From: Vicinamibacteria bacterium
GTDB taxonomy: Bacteria; Acidobacteriota; Vicinamibacteria; Marinacidobacterales; Marinacidobacteraceae
Reading direction: 5' to 3'
NCBI GenBank assembly: GCA_964291235.2
Contig: OZ219815.1
Coordinates: 320,001-384,000 of the forward strand
DNA length: 64,000 nucleotides
Shown here: positions 27,811 to 37,641 of the stretch, in pieces
Numbering within the stretch: the first letter of the stretch is position 1
Layout of the letters: every line of letters starts with the position of its first letter
Position numbers and translations under genes: made by a program
Notes under the pieces: generated by a model
What the model was told of the DNA's origin: nothing
What the model saw: only the letters and a program-made list of their open reading frames with translations
Databases searched by the model: none

Positions 27811-29865
27811 TCAGCGGTGTACGAACGGGGCCTTGGCGCGGGGGCCGTTCTCCAGAAAGTTCCGCACCCCGATCCGCATGTCCTCGAGGGAGCACCCCTC
27901 GCCGAAGAGGCGGACTTCGAGGTCCAGTCCGGCGGCGAGATCGCCGGCCGCGCCCTCCCGGGCGGCCCGCTGGATGAGCGCGTCCACGGCCCGCGACAGA
28001 TGACCGAGGCCGACTTCGGGAAGTTCTTCGGGAACGGGGATCGGTCCGTCCGCGATCGGCGGTAGCGACCCGGATCCCGACGCCGCCTCGGCGACCATCT
28101 CCACCGCCCGGTCCCGGAGCCGTTCGCCGGGCACGAGTTCGCTGACGAGTCCGAGCCGGAGGGCCTCTTCCGCCGAAACCGGCCGCCCGGTCCTCAGGAT
28201 CTCCCAGGCGGCCTCCATCCCCACGAGGCGCGGCAGCCGCTGGGTCCCGCCGGCGCCGGGAATGATGCCGAGGTTCGGCTCCGGCTGCATCGCGAGCACC
28301 TTCAGGCCCTCCCGGGCGATGCGCGCGTGGCAAGCCATGGCCAACTCGTTGCCGCCCCCGACCGCCATCCCGTTCAGGGCGCAGATCACCGGCTTCCCGC
28401 ATGCGGCGATCCGGTCCAGGATCCGGTGGGAGGCGCGTGAAACCCGCTCGCCGTCCTCGGGAGACCGGACGCGGCCGAGCATCCGCACGTCGGCGCCCGA
28501 GACGAAGGCCTTCACTCCGAACCCCGTGATGACCACCCCGAGAACCCCGTCGTCCGCCACCGCTTCCTCGACCCGGGCGCCCAGTTCGCCGAACACCTCT
28601 TCATCGAGCGCTCCGAGCACCTCGGGCCGGCGGATGGTCAGGACCGCCACCGCGCCGGACCCCGCCGGAACGTCGCGGCGGCCCACCCGTGACACCGGCC
28701 GGGACGTCCACCCGGGAAGCCGGTCCGCGAAGCCGGCGGGAGCGAAGAAATCGGGCTCCCGCTCCCGGTAGGCGGCGAGGAGCTCCGAAACCCGCGCGGC
28801 CCCCAGCTTCCGCATGAGCCCAAAGGGATGCACCACCGCGAGGGCGAGGTGGCACGCCATGTCCAGATCGGGAACGGAGATGGCGCCCTCGGCGGCCGTC
28901 CAGGCGGCGAGCCCCAGATAGGCGGCCGTGATCCGCTCCTCGATGCGCTTTCGGCGCTCCTCGGGAACGCTCACCTCCTCGCCGCGCGCCGGAACGTCCC
29001 AGACCCGGCCCGTGGGCCCGGCCTCGGCCACCGCCTCGTCGAGGAGCCGCGGCACCCGAAACCACGGATGGAGGCGCTCGTGCATCGCGGCGAACCCCTC
29101 GTGCGCGATCGGATTGCCGCCGGTCAGGTTCATCGCGGTGAAGGGCCCGATCCCGAGCCGGAGCGTCCGGCGGGACACGTCGTCCACCTCCTTCGAGGTC
29201 CCGAGTCCCTCTTCGACCGCCAGCGCCGCCGCGAGGAACATCCCCTCGAAAATGGGATTCAGCGCGTGGCCGAAACGGCTCGCGACGGCCACCGGCACCT
29301 TGCCGATCTCCTCGTAGAAGCCAAGCAACCAGGGGACCAGCGGCCGCGCCGGATCGTCGGCAACGATCTCGACCACCGGATTCCGCTCCGCCGGGAAGAA
29401 GTAGTGCGCCACCGCCGCCCGCTCCGGTGCGGCGAGATCCGAGAAGATGCGGGATGGCTCGATATGGGACGAGTTCGAGAGCAGCACGGCCTCGGGACCA
29501 ACCAGTTCCTCGACCGACCGGAAGATGCGCCGCTTGATCGCCAGGTCCTCGGAAGCCGCCTCGATGACGAGATCCACCCCACCGAGGCGTCCGTAGTCGC
29601 TGGTGAACACCACCGAACTCCGCATCCGCTCGGCCTGGGCATCACGGAACGCCCCGGACTGCTGGCCCTTCTCGATCTTCTGGAACATCTTGCGGCGGCC
29701 GGCTTCGAGGGCCGCCTCCGCGATGTCGAGCACCACCGTTTCCACCCCACGGGGCGACAGGGTCTTGACCAGGTGGAGGGCGATGTCGGGTCCGATCTGA
29801 CCCGACCCGATGACGGCGGCGCGGCGGATCTCCCGTCCGCGCCAGGAAAAGCTCCCTGGCTGCAT
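27811..29865 (-). CDS. 3-hydroxyacyl-CoA dehydrogenase / enoyl-CoA hydratase fusion (dehydrogenase N-terminal)
   Basis: GSGQIG, VIEAASEDL, SNSS, HYFFP; C-terminal AFVSGAD, GGGNELAMAC, PEPNLGIIPGAGGTQRL. Confidence 0.88.
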   Translation of the reverse strand: MQPGSFSWRGREIRRAAVIGSGQIGPDIALHLVKTLSPRGVETVVLDIAEAALEAGRRKMFQKIEKGQQSGAFRDAQAERMRSSVVFTSDYGRLGGVDLVIEAASEDLAIKRRIFRSVEELVGPEAVLLSNSSHIEPSRIFSDLAAPERAAVAHYFFPAERNPVVEIVADDPARPLVPWLLGFYEEIGKVPVAVASRFGHALNPIFEGMFLAAALAVEEGLGTSKEVDDVSRRTLRLGIGPFTAMNLTGGNPIAHEGFAAMHERLHPWFRVPRLLDEAVAEAGPTGRVWDVPARGEEVSVPEERRKRIEERITAAYLGLAAWTAAEGAISVPDLDMACHLALAVVHPFGLMRKLGAARVSELLAAYREREPDFFAPAGFADRLPGWTSRPVSRVGRRDVPAGSGAVAVLTIRRPEVLGALDEEVFGELGARVEEAVADDGVLGVVITGFGVKAFVSGADVRMLGRVRSPEDGERVSRASHRILDRIAACGKPVICALNGMAVGGGNELAMACHARIAREGLKVLAMQPEPNLGIIPGAGGTQRLPRLVGMEAAWEILRTGRPVSAEEALRLGLVSELVPGERLRDRAVEMVAEAASGSGSLPPIADGPIPVPEELPEVGLGHLSRAVDALIQRAAREGAAGDLAAGLDLEVRLFGEGCSLEDMRIGVRNFLENGPRAKAPFVHR

Positions 29866-29874
29866 GCCCACGGG

Positions 29875-31431
29875 CTAGTGGTCCTCGTCGGAAATGCGGG
29901 TCTGCCAGCGCTCGATCTGACGCGCGGCGGCGTCCCGGCCGCCCAGGCCGAAGGCCACCGCGAAGGCCACCGCAACCGCTCCCAGCACGATCCCGAACGC
30001 CAGTTCGATGATCTCGTTGGCGATTCCCATCTGGCGCAGGCCGATCGCGGTGGTGAACAGCAAGATGCCGACGCGCGCCGCCAGCGCCAGGAGCCGCGCC
30101 TGCGGAACCCGGCTGGCGCTGATCGCCCGCGCCGACAGGTTGGCGAGGAACACGCCGAATCCCAGGAAGACCACTCCGAGCAGGAACTGCCCGGCGAACT
30201 GCAGCAACCGCGTCAACAGGTCAGCCGCGTTGTCGAAACCCACCAGGCTCGCCGCCTCGATGCTCGCAAACAGCATGATGAGGGCCAGCAGCACCACCCG
30301 CACCACGTTCGAGGCCGCAAACTCGTCGGCGGTCGCGGTGCTGGTCAACCCGATCCGGGTCAGCACGTGGTCGAAGCCGGCCTCGCGCAACAGGTCGCGC
30401 GCCAGATTCGAGATGACCCGTCCCACCACGTAGGCCGTGAGCAGCAGGGCCACCGCCACCAGGAGCAACGGCAGGGCGGCAAAGACCCGGCCGAGCATCT
30501 CGCTCGCGGGCGCGGTGATCACGTCGAGGCTCAGGCGGTCGAGCCCGGTCAGGATCACCGGGAACAGCACCAGCAGGTAGGCGATCCCCCCAACCAGCGC
30601 GGACGGGGTCCTCGATCCGAGCACCCGCCGGAGGCCGAATCGTTCCGCGGCGCTATCCAGCCCGACGGCGGCGAGGAGGTTCGTCACCACCGCCTTCGCA
30701 ATCCGGGCGATGAACCAGCCGACCAGGAAAATGATGATCGCGCCGAGAACGTTGGGCAAGAACGTGATCACCTGGTTCACGATCGTCTCGATCGGAAGCA
30801 GGACACCCTCGAGATCGAGCGCCGCCAGGATCGGCGGCAGGAAGAGCAGCAGCACGATCCAGTACACGACCTCGGGGACTGCATGGGAGATCCGGCCCGG
30901 CGGCCGGTCGCTCCCTCGATCGAGACGCTCGTCCACCCCCGCCGCCTCGAGCGCCACCCGCACCGCGCGGCGAAGCACCGCCGCCAGGAACCAGGCGGCC
31001 AGGAGGAGCACAAGGGCGCGCCCCAACTGGGCCACCATTCCCATGATCCGGCCCAGGAGCGTGCCGCCGATACCGCCGACACCGGAAAAGTCCACCACCG
31101 AGGCGACGCCCGCGACGACCAGGACCAACAGGCCCCAGAAGACGATCCGGCCCGCGATCGACTCGACGTCCTCCCGCGAGGCGCGCTCCGGCCCGAGCGC
31201 CAGGCGGACGCCGCCCGCGACCCGGGCAGCAATCCGCTCCCTCAGACCCAAGCGGAAGAGAATCCGCCGGAGCAGGATGACCAACACCAGCGCGAAACCG
31301 AAGGCGGCCACCAGGACGCCCAGCGCGATCACCAGATGGCCCACCGTCGAATCAAAGATCGGGGGCATCCGGCGCAGCAGATCGGAGAGTGCGTCGAGCA
31401 TGACGGGATGGTATTCGCTGGCTGGCGTCAT
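29875..31431 (-). CDS. MscS-related TM-helix repeat protein (CmpX-like)
   Basis: Repeated LPNVLGAIIIFLVGWFIA-type segments; AFAVAFGLGGRDAA C-terminus. Confidence 0.8.
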   Translation of the reverse strand: MTPASEYHPVMLDALSDLLRRMPPIFDSTVGHLVIALGVLVAAFGFALVLVILLRRILFRLGLRERIAARVAGGVRLALGPERASREDVESIAGRIVFWGLLVLVVAGVASVVDFSGVGGIGGTLLGRIMGMVAQLGRALVLLLAAWFLAAVLRRAVRVALEAAGVDERLDRGSDRPPGRISHAVPEVVYWIVLLLFLPPILAALDLEGVLLPIETIVNQVITFLPNVLGAIIIFLVGWFIARIAKAVVTNLLAAVGLDSAAERFGLRRVLGSRTPSALVGGIAYLLVLFPVILTGLDRLSLDVITAPASEMLGRVFAALPLLLVAVALLLTAYVVGRVISNLARDLLREAGFDHVLTRIGLTSTATADEFAASNVVRVVLLALIMLFASIEAASLVGFDNAADLLTRLLQFAGQFLLGVVFLGFGVFLANLSARAISASRVPQARLLALAARVGILLFTTAIGLRQMGIANEIIELAFGIVLGAVAVAFAVAFGLGGRDAAARQIERWQTRISDEDH

Positions 31432-31566
31432 GCCTTCCGGGCCGGGCCCGCACCACGGTCCTCACCACGGTTCGGACGCGATCCGGAGTGGTACATTCCT
31501 CCGAATTCGGGGCGCTGGCCGACATCCGGCCGAACCCCGCGTTCCCGATCAGGAGTACAAGGACCA

Positions 31567-32871
31567 ATGCGGCGCAGGCGATTTCTCAGTTCGGTAGGCG
31601 AAGCGGGCGGCGCGGCGCTGGTCACCACCCTCTTCGGGCCGGAAACGATCCGAAGCGTCGAAGCCGCAGCGCAGCGGACGACGGGACAAAGCCCCGAAGA
31701 CCTGGCCTCGGACGAGAACTACTGGAGCGAGATCCAGCAGGCGTTCAGCGTCACGCGTTCGATCATCAACCTGAACAACGGTGGGGTTTGCCCCTCACCC
31801 CGGATGGTCACCGAAGCCTTCGTCCGCTACATCTGGGAGTCGGAAGAAGCCCCCGTGTACACGATGTGGCAGATTCTCCAGCCCCGCAAGGAGAATGTGC
31901 GCCAGCGGCTCGCGGTGGTGTTCGGGTGTGATCCCGAAGAGGTCGCACTCGTCCGGAACACCTCGGAAGCGATGGAAATCCTGTTGTTGGGCCTCGATCT
32001 CCAGTCCGGCGACGAGATCCTCACCACCACCCAGGACTACGGGCGGATGCTCACCACCATCCGCCAGCGGGTGCGGCGCGAGGGCATCGATCTCAAGTTC
32101 ATTCAGATCCCGACCCCGGCGGAGACCGACGAGGAGGTCGTGGAGGGGTTCAAGAACGCCATCAACGACCGCACCCGGATCATCCTGATGTCCCACCAGA
32201 TCAACCTCACCGGGCAGATTCTGCCGGTGAAGGCGGTCTGCGACGTGGCCCGCGAGCGGGGCGTCGAGGTCATGGTGGACGGCGCGCACTCCTTCGCCCA
32301 GTTCGACTTCAAGCAGGAGGACATCGGCTGCGACTACTTCGGCACGAGCCTCCACAAGTGGCTCCTCGCGCCCAAGGGAACCGGGATGCTCTACGTGAAG
32401 AAGGACAAGATCCCCAAGATCTGGCCCATGATGCCGGCCCCCGAGCGGATGGACGCAGACATCCGCAAGTTCGAGGAGATCGGAACCCATCCCGCGGCCA
32501 ACTTCGTGGCGGTCGGCGAAGCGATCACCTTCCACAACACGGTGGGCGCCAAGAACAAGGAGGCGCGGCTCCGCTATCTCAAAGACACCTGGGCGGACCG
32601 CCTCTCGGCGCTTCCGAATACGGAACTCCACACCTCACGGAACCCCCAGTTGAGCTGCGCGATCGGCAACATCAACCTGACGACCATCGAGGCGCCCCGG
32701 CTCCGCGATTATTTCTGGGAGAAGCACCACATCATCGTCACCCCCATCATGCACGAGGAGTTCCAGGGGCTCCGGATCACGCCGAACCTCTACACGACGA
32801 TGGCCGAATTGGATTACTTCTGCAACGTGTACGAGGACGTCGCCCGGAACGGCCTCCCGAAGTCTGCCTGA
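31567..32871 (+). CDS. class V PLP enzyme (isopenicillin-N epimerase/cysteine lyase-like), Tat signal
   Basis: MRRRRFL; NLNNGG, RNTSE, VDGAHS, SLHKWL.APKGTG. Confidence 0.88.
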   Translation: MRRRRFLSSVGEAGGAALVTTLFGPETIRSVEAAAQRTTGQSPEDLASDENYWSEIQQAFSVTRSIINLNNGGVCPSPRMVTEAFVRYIWESEEAPVYTMWQILQPRKENVRQRLAVVFGCDPEEVALVRNTSEAMEILLLGLDLQSGDEILTTTQDYGRMLTTIRQRVRREGIDLKFIQIPTPAETDEEVVEGFKNAINDRTRIILMSHQINLTGQILPVKAVCDVARERGVEVMVDGAHSFAQFDFKQEDIGCDYFGTSLHKWLLAPKGTGMLYVKKDKIPKIWPMMPAPERMDADIRKFEEIGTHPAANFVAVGEAITFHNTVGAKNKEARLRYLKDTWADRLSALPNTELHTSRNPQLSCAIGNINLTTIEAPRLRDYFWEKHHIIVTPIMHEEFQGLRITPNLYTTMAELDYFCNVYEDVARNGLPKSA

Positions 32872-32931
32872 TCCCAGGATGAACGTCGGTCCCGACCCGG
32901 CGCGCCGGAGGCAACAGCGGTTGTCCCGATA

Positions 32932-34431
32932 ATGCGTACCGCCGTCCCCCCCATCGCTGCCCCGGCGTTCCGTCAGTACGACCATAACCCGACGTTTTAC
33001 GACGAAATGTTCGAGACCGACGGGTCTCCGCGGGAGCACTGCGCCGATTTCTTCGAGACCATCCGGGAGACCCCGCCGGACGATCTCCGGCAGATTCAGG
33101 AACGGGTGACCCGCTCGTTCCTCCACGAAGGAATCACCTTCACCGTTTACGGTGACGAGCAGACCATCGAGCGTGTCTTCCCGATTGACTGCCTCCCGCG
33201 GATCGTGCGCGGCGACGCCTGGGATGCGGTGGCTCGCGGGCTCGAACAGCGGCTCCGGGCGCTGAACCTCTTCCTCCACGACATCTACCACCGGGGTCTC
33301 ATCATCAGGGACGGAGTGATTCCCGCCGAGCTGGTCTACGGCAACAAGCACTACCGGATCGAGATGCGGGGCGTGGAGGTGCCGCACGGGGCCTATGTCT
33401 CCGTCTGCGGCACCGACCTGGTGCGCACCCACGACGGATTCGCGGTCCTTGAAGACAACCTGCGGGTGCCGTCCGGCGTCAGCTACATGCTCGCCTGCCG
33501 GGACGCCATCAAACGCAGCATGCCGCGGCTCTTCCGGCGCTCGCGGGTCCGCGACGTGGAGCAGTACAGCCGTCTGCTGCTCGCCACCCTCCGGTCGCTG
33601 GCGCCGTCCCAGGTAAGCGACCCCAGCATCGTGTTGCTCACCCCCGGCGTTTACAACTCGGCGTACTACGAGCACGCGTTCCTGGCCCGGCAGATGGGGA
33701 TCGAACTCGTGGAGGGACGCGATCTGCTGGTGCACAACCGGCGGGTTTTCATGCGGACCACCGCCGGGCTGCGGCAGGTGGACGTGATCTACCGCCGCAT
33801 CGACGACGACTTCATCGACCCGCTCACGTTCCGCGAGGACTCGGTGCTGGGGGTGCCGGGACTGTTCCACGCCTTCCGCGCGGGCCGGGTAGTGATCGCG
33901 AACGCCCCGGGGACCGGGGTGGCGGACGACAAAGCGGTCTACGCGTACGTCCCTCGCATCATCAAGTACTACCTGGGCGAGGAACCGCTCCTCGACTCCA
34001 TCCCGACCACCCTCTGCCGCGAGCCCGAAGGGCTTTCGTACACCCTCGCCAATCTGGACAAACTGGTCGTGAAGATGGTGGGAGAGTCCGGCGGCTACGG
34101 GATGCTGGTCGGGCCCCACGCGTCGGGCGCGGAGCAGAAGGAATTCGCCGCGGCGCTCCGGGAGAACCCGACGAACTACATCTCCCAACCGACGCTCGCC
34201 CTGTCACGGGCGCCCTGTCTCGTCGGAGCGCATGTCGAGCCCCGCCACGTGGACCTGAGGCCTTTCATTCTCCAGGCGGATCAGACCCGGATCGTCCCGG
34301 GAGGACTCTGCCGCGTCGCGCTCAAGAAGGGAAGCCTGGTGGTGAACTCCAGCCAGGGCGGCGGCTCCAAGGACGCCTGGATCGTGGATGCCCCCGAAAC
34401 GAATCGGAAACCCGCCTCCACCGACACCTGA
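32932..34431 (+). CDS. circularly permuted type 2 ATP-grasp protein
   Basis: GITFTVY, VLEDNLRVPSGVSY, NSAYYEH, VIYRRIDD, NSSQGGGSKD. Confidence 0.93.
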   Translation: MRTAVPPIAAPAFRQYDHNPTFYDEMFETDGSPREHCADFFETIRETPPDDLRQIQERVTRSFLHEGITFTVYGDEQTIERVFPIDCLPRIVRGDAWDAVARGLEQRLRALNLFLHDIYHRGLIIRDGVIPAELVYGNKHYRIEMRGVEVPHGAYVSVCGTDLVRTHDGFAVLEDNLRVPSGVSYMLACRDAIKRSMPRLFRRSRVRDVEQYSRLLLATLRSLAPSQVSDPSIVLLTPGVYNSAYYEHAFLARQMGIELVEGRDLLVHNRRVFMRTTAGLRQVDVIYRRIDDDFIDPLTFREDSVLGVPGLFHAFRAGRVVIANAPGTGVADDKAVYAYVPRIIKYYLGEEPLLDSIPTTLCREPEGLSYTLANLDKLVVKMVGESGGYGMLVGPHASGAEQKEFAAALRENPTNYISQPTLALSRAPCLVGAHVEPRHVDLRPFILQADQTRIVPGGLCRVALKKGSLVVNSSQGGGSKDAWIVDAPETNRKPASTDT

Positions 34432-34433
34432 TC

Positions 34434-35414
34434 ATGCTCGCCCGGGTCGCCGACAACCTCTACTGGATGAGCCGCTACCTCGAGCGGGCGGACCAGACCA
34501 TCCGGCTCCTCGGAGTCCAGGTCCGTTCGGTAACCGACAACACCTCCGCCCAGGTCGCGGCCGGCTGGACCCGCCTGTTCCGCAGCCTGCAGGTGACGCC
34601 GCCAGGCGGGGACCCGCTCTACAGCGACCAGCTCGAAGACACCTTCCTCCTCGCCGACGCCTACACGCTCGCGGATTTCATGAGCTTCGAGAGCGACAAC
34701 CCCGGCTCGATGGTGTCGCTCTGGGGCATGTCGCGGGAGAACGCCCGGCAGGCGCGGCAGGAGATCACCCAGGAGATGTGGGGACAGCTCAATCGAACCT
34801 ACCTCTCCCTCCGGGAAACGCAACTCCACTATTTCTGGACCAAGGAGCCCGAGACCTTCTACAAGGACACCTCGGCCCAGATCTATCTCTTCCGCGGGGT
34901 AACCGACAACGGCCTCCGGCACGGGCTCGCCTGGGATTTCATCCGGCTCGGCCGTTTCATGGAACGCATCCAGGTGACCACCAGGATCCTCGACAGCTAC
35001 CGCCCCGCTCTCGACGATCAGGAGACGGACCTGGACTGGTCGTTGCTCCTCCGGAACTGCGCGAGCTTTGAGCCCTACTGCCGGCACTACACGCCAGCCA
35101 TCGATCCCTGGAAGGTGATGACCTTCCTCATCCACGAACCGGAGTCGCCCCATACGCTCCGCTTCGCCGCCGAGGAGATCAGAAACGGCCTCGGCCGGAT
35201 CGATCCGGCGGGTGGCGCCCGCCACCCGCTACAGTCGGCGCACCGAATCGCCGGGCAACTCCGGGCGCTGCTCGCCTACGGATCCCAGGAACGGGAGGAC
35301 CTGGCCACCACGCTCGCCGAGGTGCGCCGGCTTTCCCGCGACCTCCACAACGAGATCTACCGCCGCTACATCTTCTATCCGGCAGACCAGGCGCTGACGG
35401 GAAGGCGGACGTAG
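34434..35414 (+). CDS. alpha-E domain protein (DUF403)
   Basis: MLARVADNLYWMSRYLERA, RENAR, LGRFMER (ER repeats). Confidence 0.92.
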   Translation: MLARVADNLYWMSRYLERADQTIRLLGVQVRSVTDNTSAQVAAGWTRLFRSLQVTPPGGDPLYSDQLEDTFLLADAYTLADFMSFESDNPGSMVSLWGMSRENARQARQEITQEMWGQLNRTYLSLRETQLHYFWTKEPETFYKDTSAQIYLFRGVTDNGLRHGLAWDFIRLGRFMERIQVTTRILDSYRPALDDQETDLDWSLLLRNCASFEPYCRHYTPAIDPWKVMTFLIHEPESPHTLRFAAEEIRNGLGRIDPAGGARHPLQSAHRIAGQLRALLAYGSQEREDLATTLAEVRRLSRDLHNEIYRRYIFYPADQALTGRRT

Positions 35415-35421
35415 ACAGCCG

Positions 35422-36354
35422 ATGGCCCCCGAATCCACCCTTTACCGCGTCGAGCACGTCACCCGGTTCCGGTACTCCGAACCGATCCGCGAATCCGTCG
35501 TCACCCTCTACCTGGAACCGCGGAGCGACTCGGCCCAACACCTTGAGTCCTTCCAGATCCTCACGGATCCGGGGGCCGAACTCGGCAGTTATGAGGACTG
35601 CTTCGGGAACGCGGTCCATTTCTTCGACGTACCCGGCGAACACGACCAATTGACGGTTACCGCGCGGTCGCTCGTAGCTCTGCACGCGAACGACCCCGAT
35701 GACGCGGCCACCGTCGGGGCGGGGTGGGACTCCATGGGTGCGTTGGAGACTCCTTCCACGTGGCACCTGCTCCACCCCACCTCGCTGACTCGGCCGACTC
35801 CCGCCCTCGCCAGCTTCGCTGCCCGTCACGGGATCGAGCGCCGCGAAACACCCCTGGCCTCGATCCGGGACTTGACGGCCCGTATTCATGACGCCCTCGC
35901 CTTCGAGCGGGGGCGGACCCGCGTGGATTCGCCGATCGACGACGCGCTGGCCGCCGAGAGCGGTGTGTGCCAGGACTTCTCCCACATCATGCTCGCCATC
36001 GTGCGAGGCTGGGGAATCCCCGCCCAATACGTTTCCGGCTATCTCTTTCCGGTCCGGGGGGAGAGGGAACAGGCGCTGGCGGAGGCCAGCCACGCATGGA
36101 TCGAGTGCCTGCTGCCCGGAGTGGGCTGGGTGGGGGCGGATCCCACGAACAACACCGTTGCTCCCGGGCATCACATCCGGGTCGCGAGGGGTCGCGACTA
36201 TCGCGACGTGCCCCCCACGCGGGGCACTTTTCGGGGCGGCGCTCAGCAACAACTCGAGGTGTGCGTCAACATCGCCGCCGTGGAGACGGAACCCTCCGGC
36301 GGTCCCACCCGGCTGGAGGGCGCGACACTCAAAAGCCCACTAGCGATAGAGTAG
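35422..36354 (+). CDS. transglutaminase-like protein
   Basis: HVTRFRY, GVCQDFSH, YVSGY, SHAWIE, DPTN, GRDYRDVPP. Confidence 0.92.
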   Translation: MAPESTLYRVEHVTRFRYSEPIRESVVTLYLEPRSDSAQHLESFQILTDPGAELGSYEDCFGNAVHFFDVPGEHDQLTVTARSLVALHANDPDDAATVGAGWDSMGALETPSTWHLLHPTSLTRPTPALASFAARHGIERRETPLASIRDLTARIHDALAFERGRTRVDSPIDDALAAESGVCQDFSHIMLAIVRGWGIPAQYVSGYLFPVRGEREQALAEASHAWIECLLPGVGWVGADPTNNTVAPGHHIRVARGRDYRDVPPTRGTFRGGAQQQLEVCVNIAAVETEPSGGPTRLEGATLKSPLAIE

Positions 36355-36362
36355 CCCCCCCG

Positions 36363-36839
36363 ATGGCACGCAGGCGCGGCTCCGGCGGAAGGACGGGCGC
36401 TCCGGCTTTCTCCTTCAAGCTGGAGAAGGATCTGGCCGAGCTCAGTCAGATGCTCGTGGCTCTTGAGGAGTTCGCGGGCACGCATGGTGTGGCGCCACTC
36501 CAAACCCAGCGAATCACCCTCTCGGTTGACGAGTTGGTCACCAACATCATCAAGTATGGAACGAGGAACCTCGAAGACGCCCACATCCACCTGTGGGCCA
36601 CGATCGCGGACAAGACCTTCCACATCGAGATCGAAGATCACGGGATACCATTCGACCCGTTTCACGAGGCGCCGGTCCCCGACACGACTCTCCCCCTTGA
36701 GGAGAGGCCAATCGGTGGACTCGGTGTTTTTCTCGTTCAGTCCTTGATGACGACTACCCATTACGAACGGATCAAGGATCGAAACCGGATCACACTGACC
36801 CGGTCGCTTTCAGCCGGCGACCAGGAGGAAAACTCATGA
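36363..36839 (+). CDS. RsbW/SpoIIAB-like anti-sigma factor kinase
   Basis: DELVTNIIKYG, DHGIPFDP, RPIGGLGVFLV. Confidence 0.88.
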   Translation: MARRRGSGGRTGAPAFSFKLEKDLAELSQMLVALEEFAGTHGVAPLQTQRITLSVDELVTNIIKYGTRNLEDAHIHLWATIADKTFHIEIEDHGIPFDPFHEAPVPDTTLPLEERPIGGLGVFLVQSLMTTTHYERIKDRNRITLTRSLSAGDQEENS

Positions 36840-37174
36840 ATCTGACGGATGAAACGAAGAACGGAGTGCTCGTGCTGTCGCCCGAGGGGCGTATCGACAC
36901 CCGCACGAGCAGCGAGTTCGAGCAGGCGGTGATGGCGCACGCGGTCGGGCCGGAGGGCGCCACCCAGGTGGTGATGAATTTCGGCCGGTTGGACTACATC
37001 AACTCGACGGGGATGCGCGTCCTGCTGATCCTCGCCAAGCGGTTGGCCGGCGTGAAGGGAAGGCTGGTGCTCTGCGAGATGAAGGAGCACATCCTCGAAG
37101 TCTTCAAGATCAGCGGTTTCAACCAGATCCTGACGATTACCGATTCCGAAGACGAAGCGCTCAAGCGCTTCTAG
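36836..37174 (+). CDS. STAS anti-sigma factor antagonist (RsbV-like)
   Basis: GRIDT, LDYINSTGMRVL (phospho-Ser), VFKISGF; SD AGGAGG; ATGA overlap. Confidence 0.9.
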   Translation: MNLTDETKNGVLVLSPEGRIDTRTSSEFEQAVMAHAVGPEGATQVVMNFGRLDYINSTGMRVLLILAKRLAGVKGRLVLCEMKEHILEVFKISGFNQILTITDSEDEALKRF

Positions 37175-37368
37175 CGGCAGCCCGATTCCGGGGCAGGCTG
37201 CGCCGGCGTTGGGGGCCGGGAACGACGCCCCCGCCGGACCCCGGAATCGAGATTACAGAGTGACGTGACACGCGGTACACCTGCGCGGGAAACAACACCC
37301 GCGCCGGACACCCGAGTTCGTGGGTACACCGCGACGCCGACGATCCGGAGCCGGACCGGCAGCTCCCG

Positions 37369-37611
37369 CTACCGCGCGGGCGGCGCTTCGTCGTTCGGGT
37401 CGGGGCCGGACGCCACCACCCGGACGGCGCGGGCGCGGTAACCCCCCGGGATCTTGAGCAGCTCGAACTCCACTACCTGACCCTCGATCAGGAAGCCCGG
37501 TTGCGAGTCCAACAGCGCGTTGCTTGGCACGTGCACGTCCGGTCCTTCGAAGCGCTGGATGAAACCCTCACCCCGGCGGCGGTCGTACCACTTCACGACT
37601 CCTTCGGCCAT
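37369..37611 (-). CDS. cold-shock domain protein (divergent)
   Basis: MAEGVVKWYD..RGEGFI...DVHV...EGQVVEFE. Confidence 0.85.
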   Translation of the reverse strand: MAEGVVKWYDRRRGEGFIQRFEGPDVHVPSNALLDSQPGFLIEGQVVEFELLKIPGGYRARAVRVVASGPDPNDEAPPAR

Positions 37612-37641
37612 GGCCGTGGATTCTGACACGGCCGAGAGCGG

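Noticed and set aside
28828-31566. N-terminal ~900 aa of the 1347-aa ORF
   Set aside because: Antisense shadow of two real minus-strand genes; the real gene starts at 31567.
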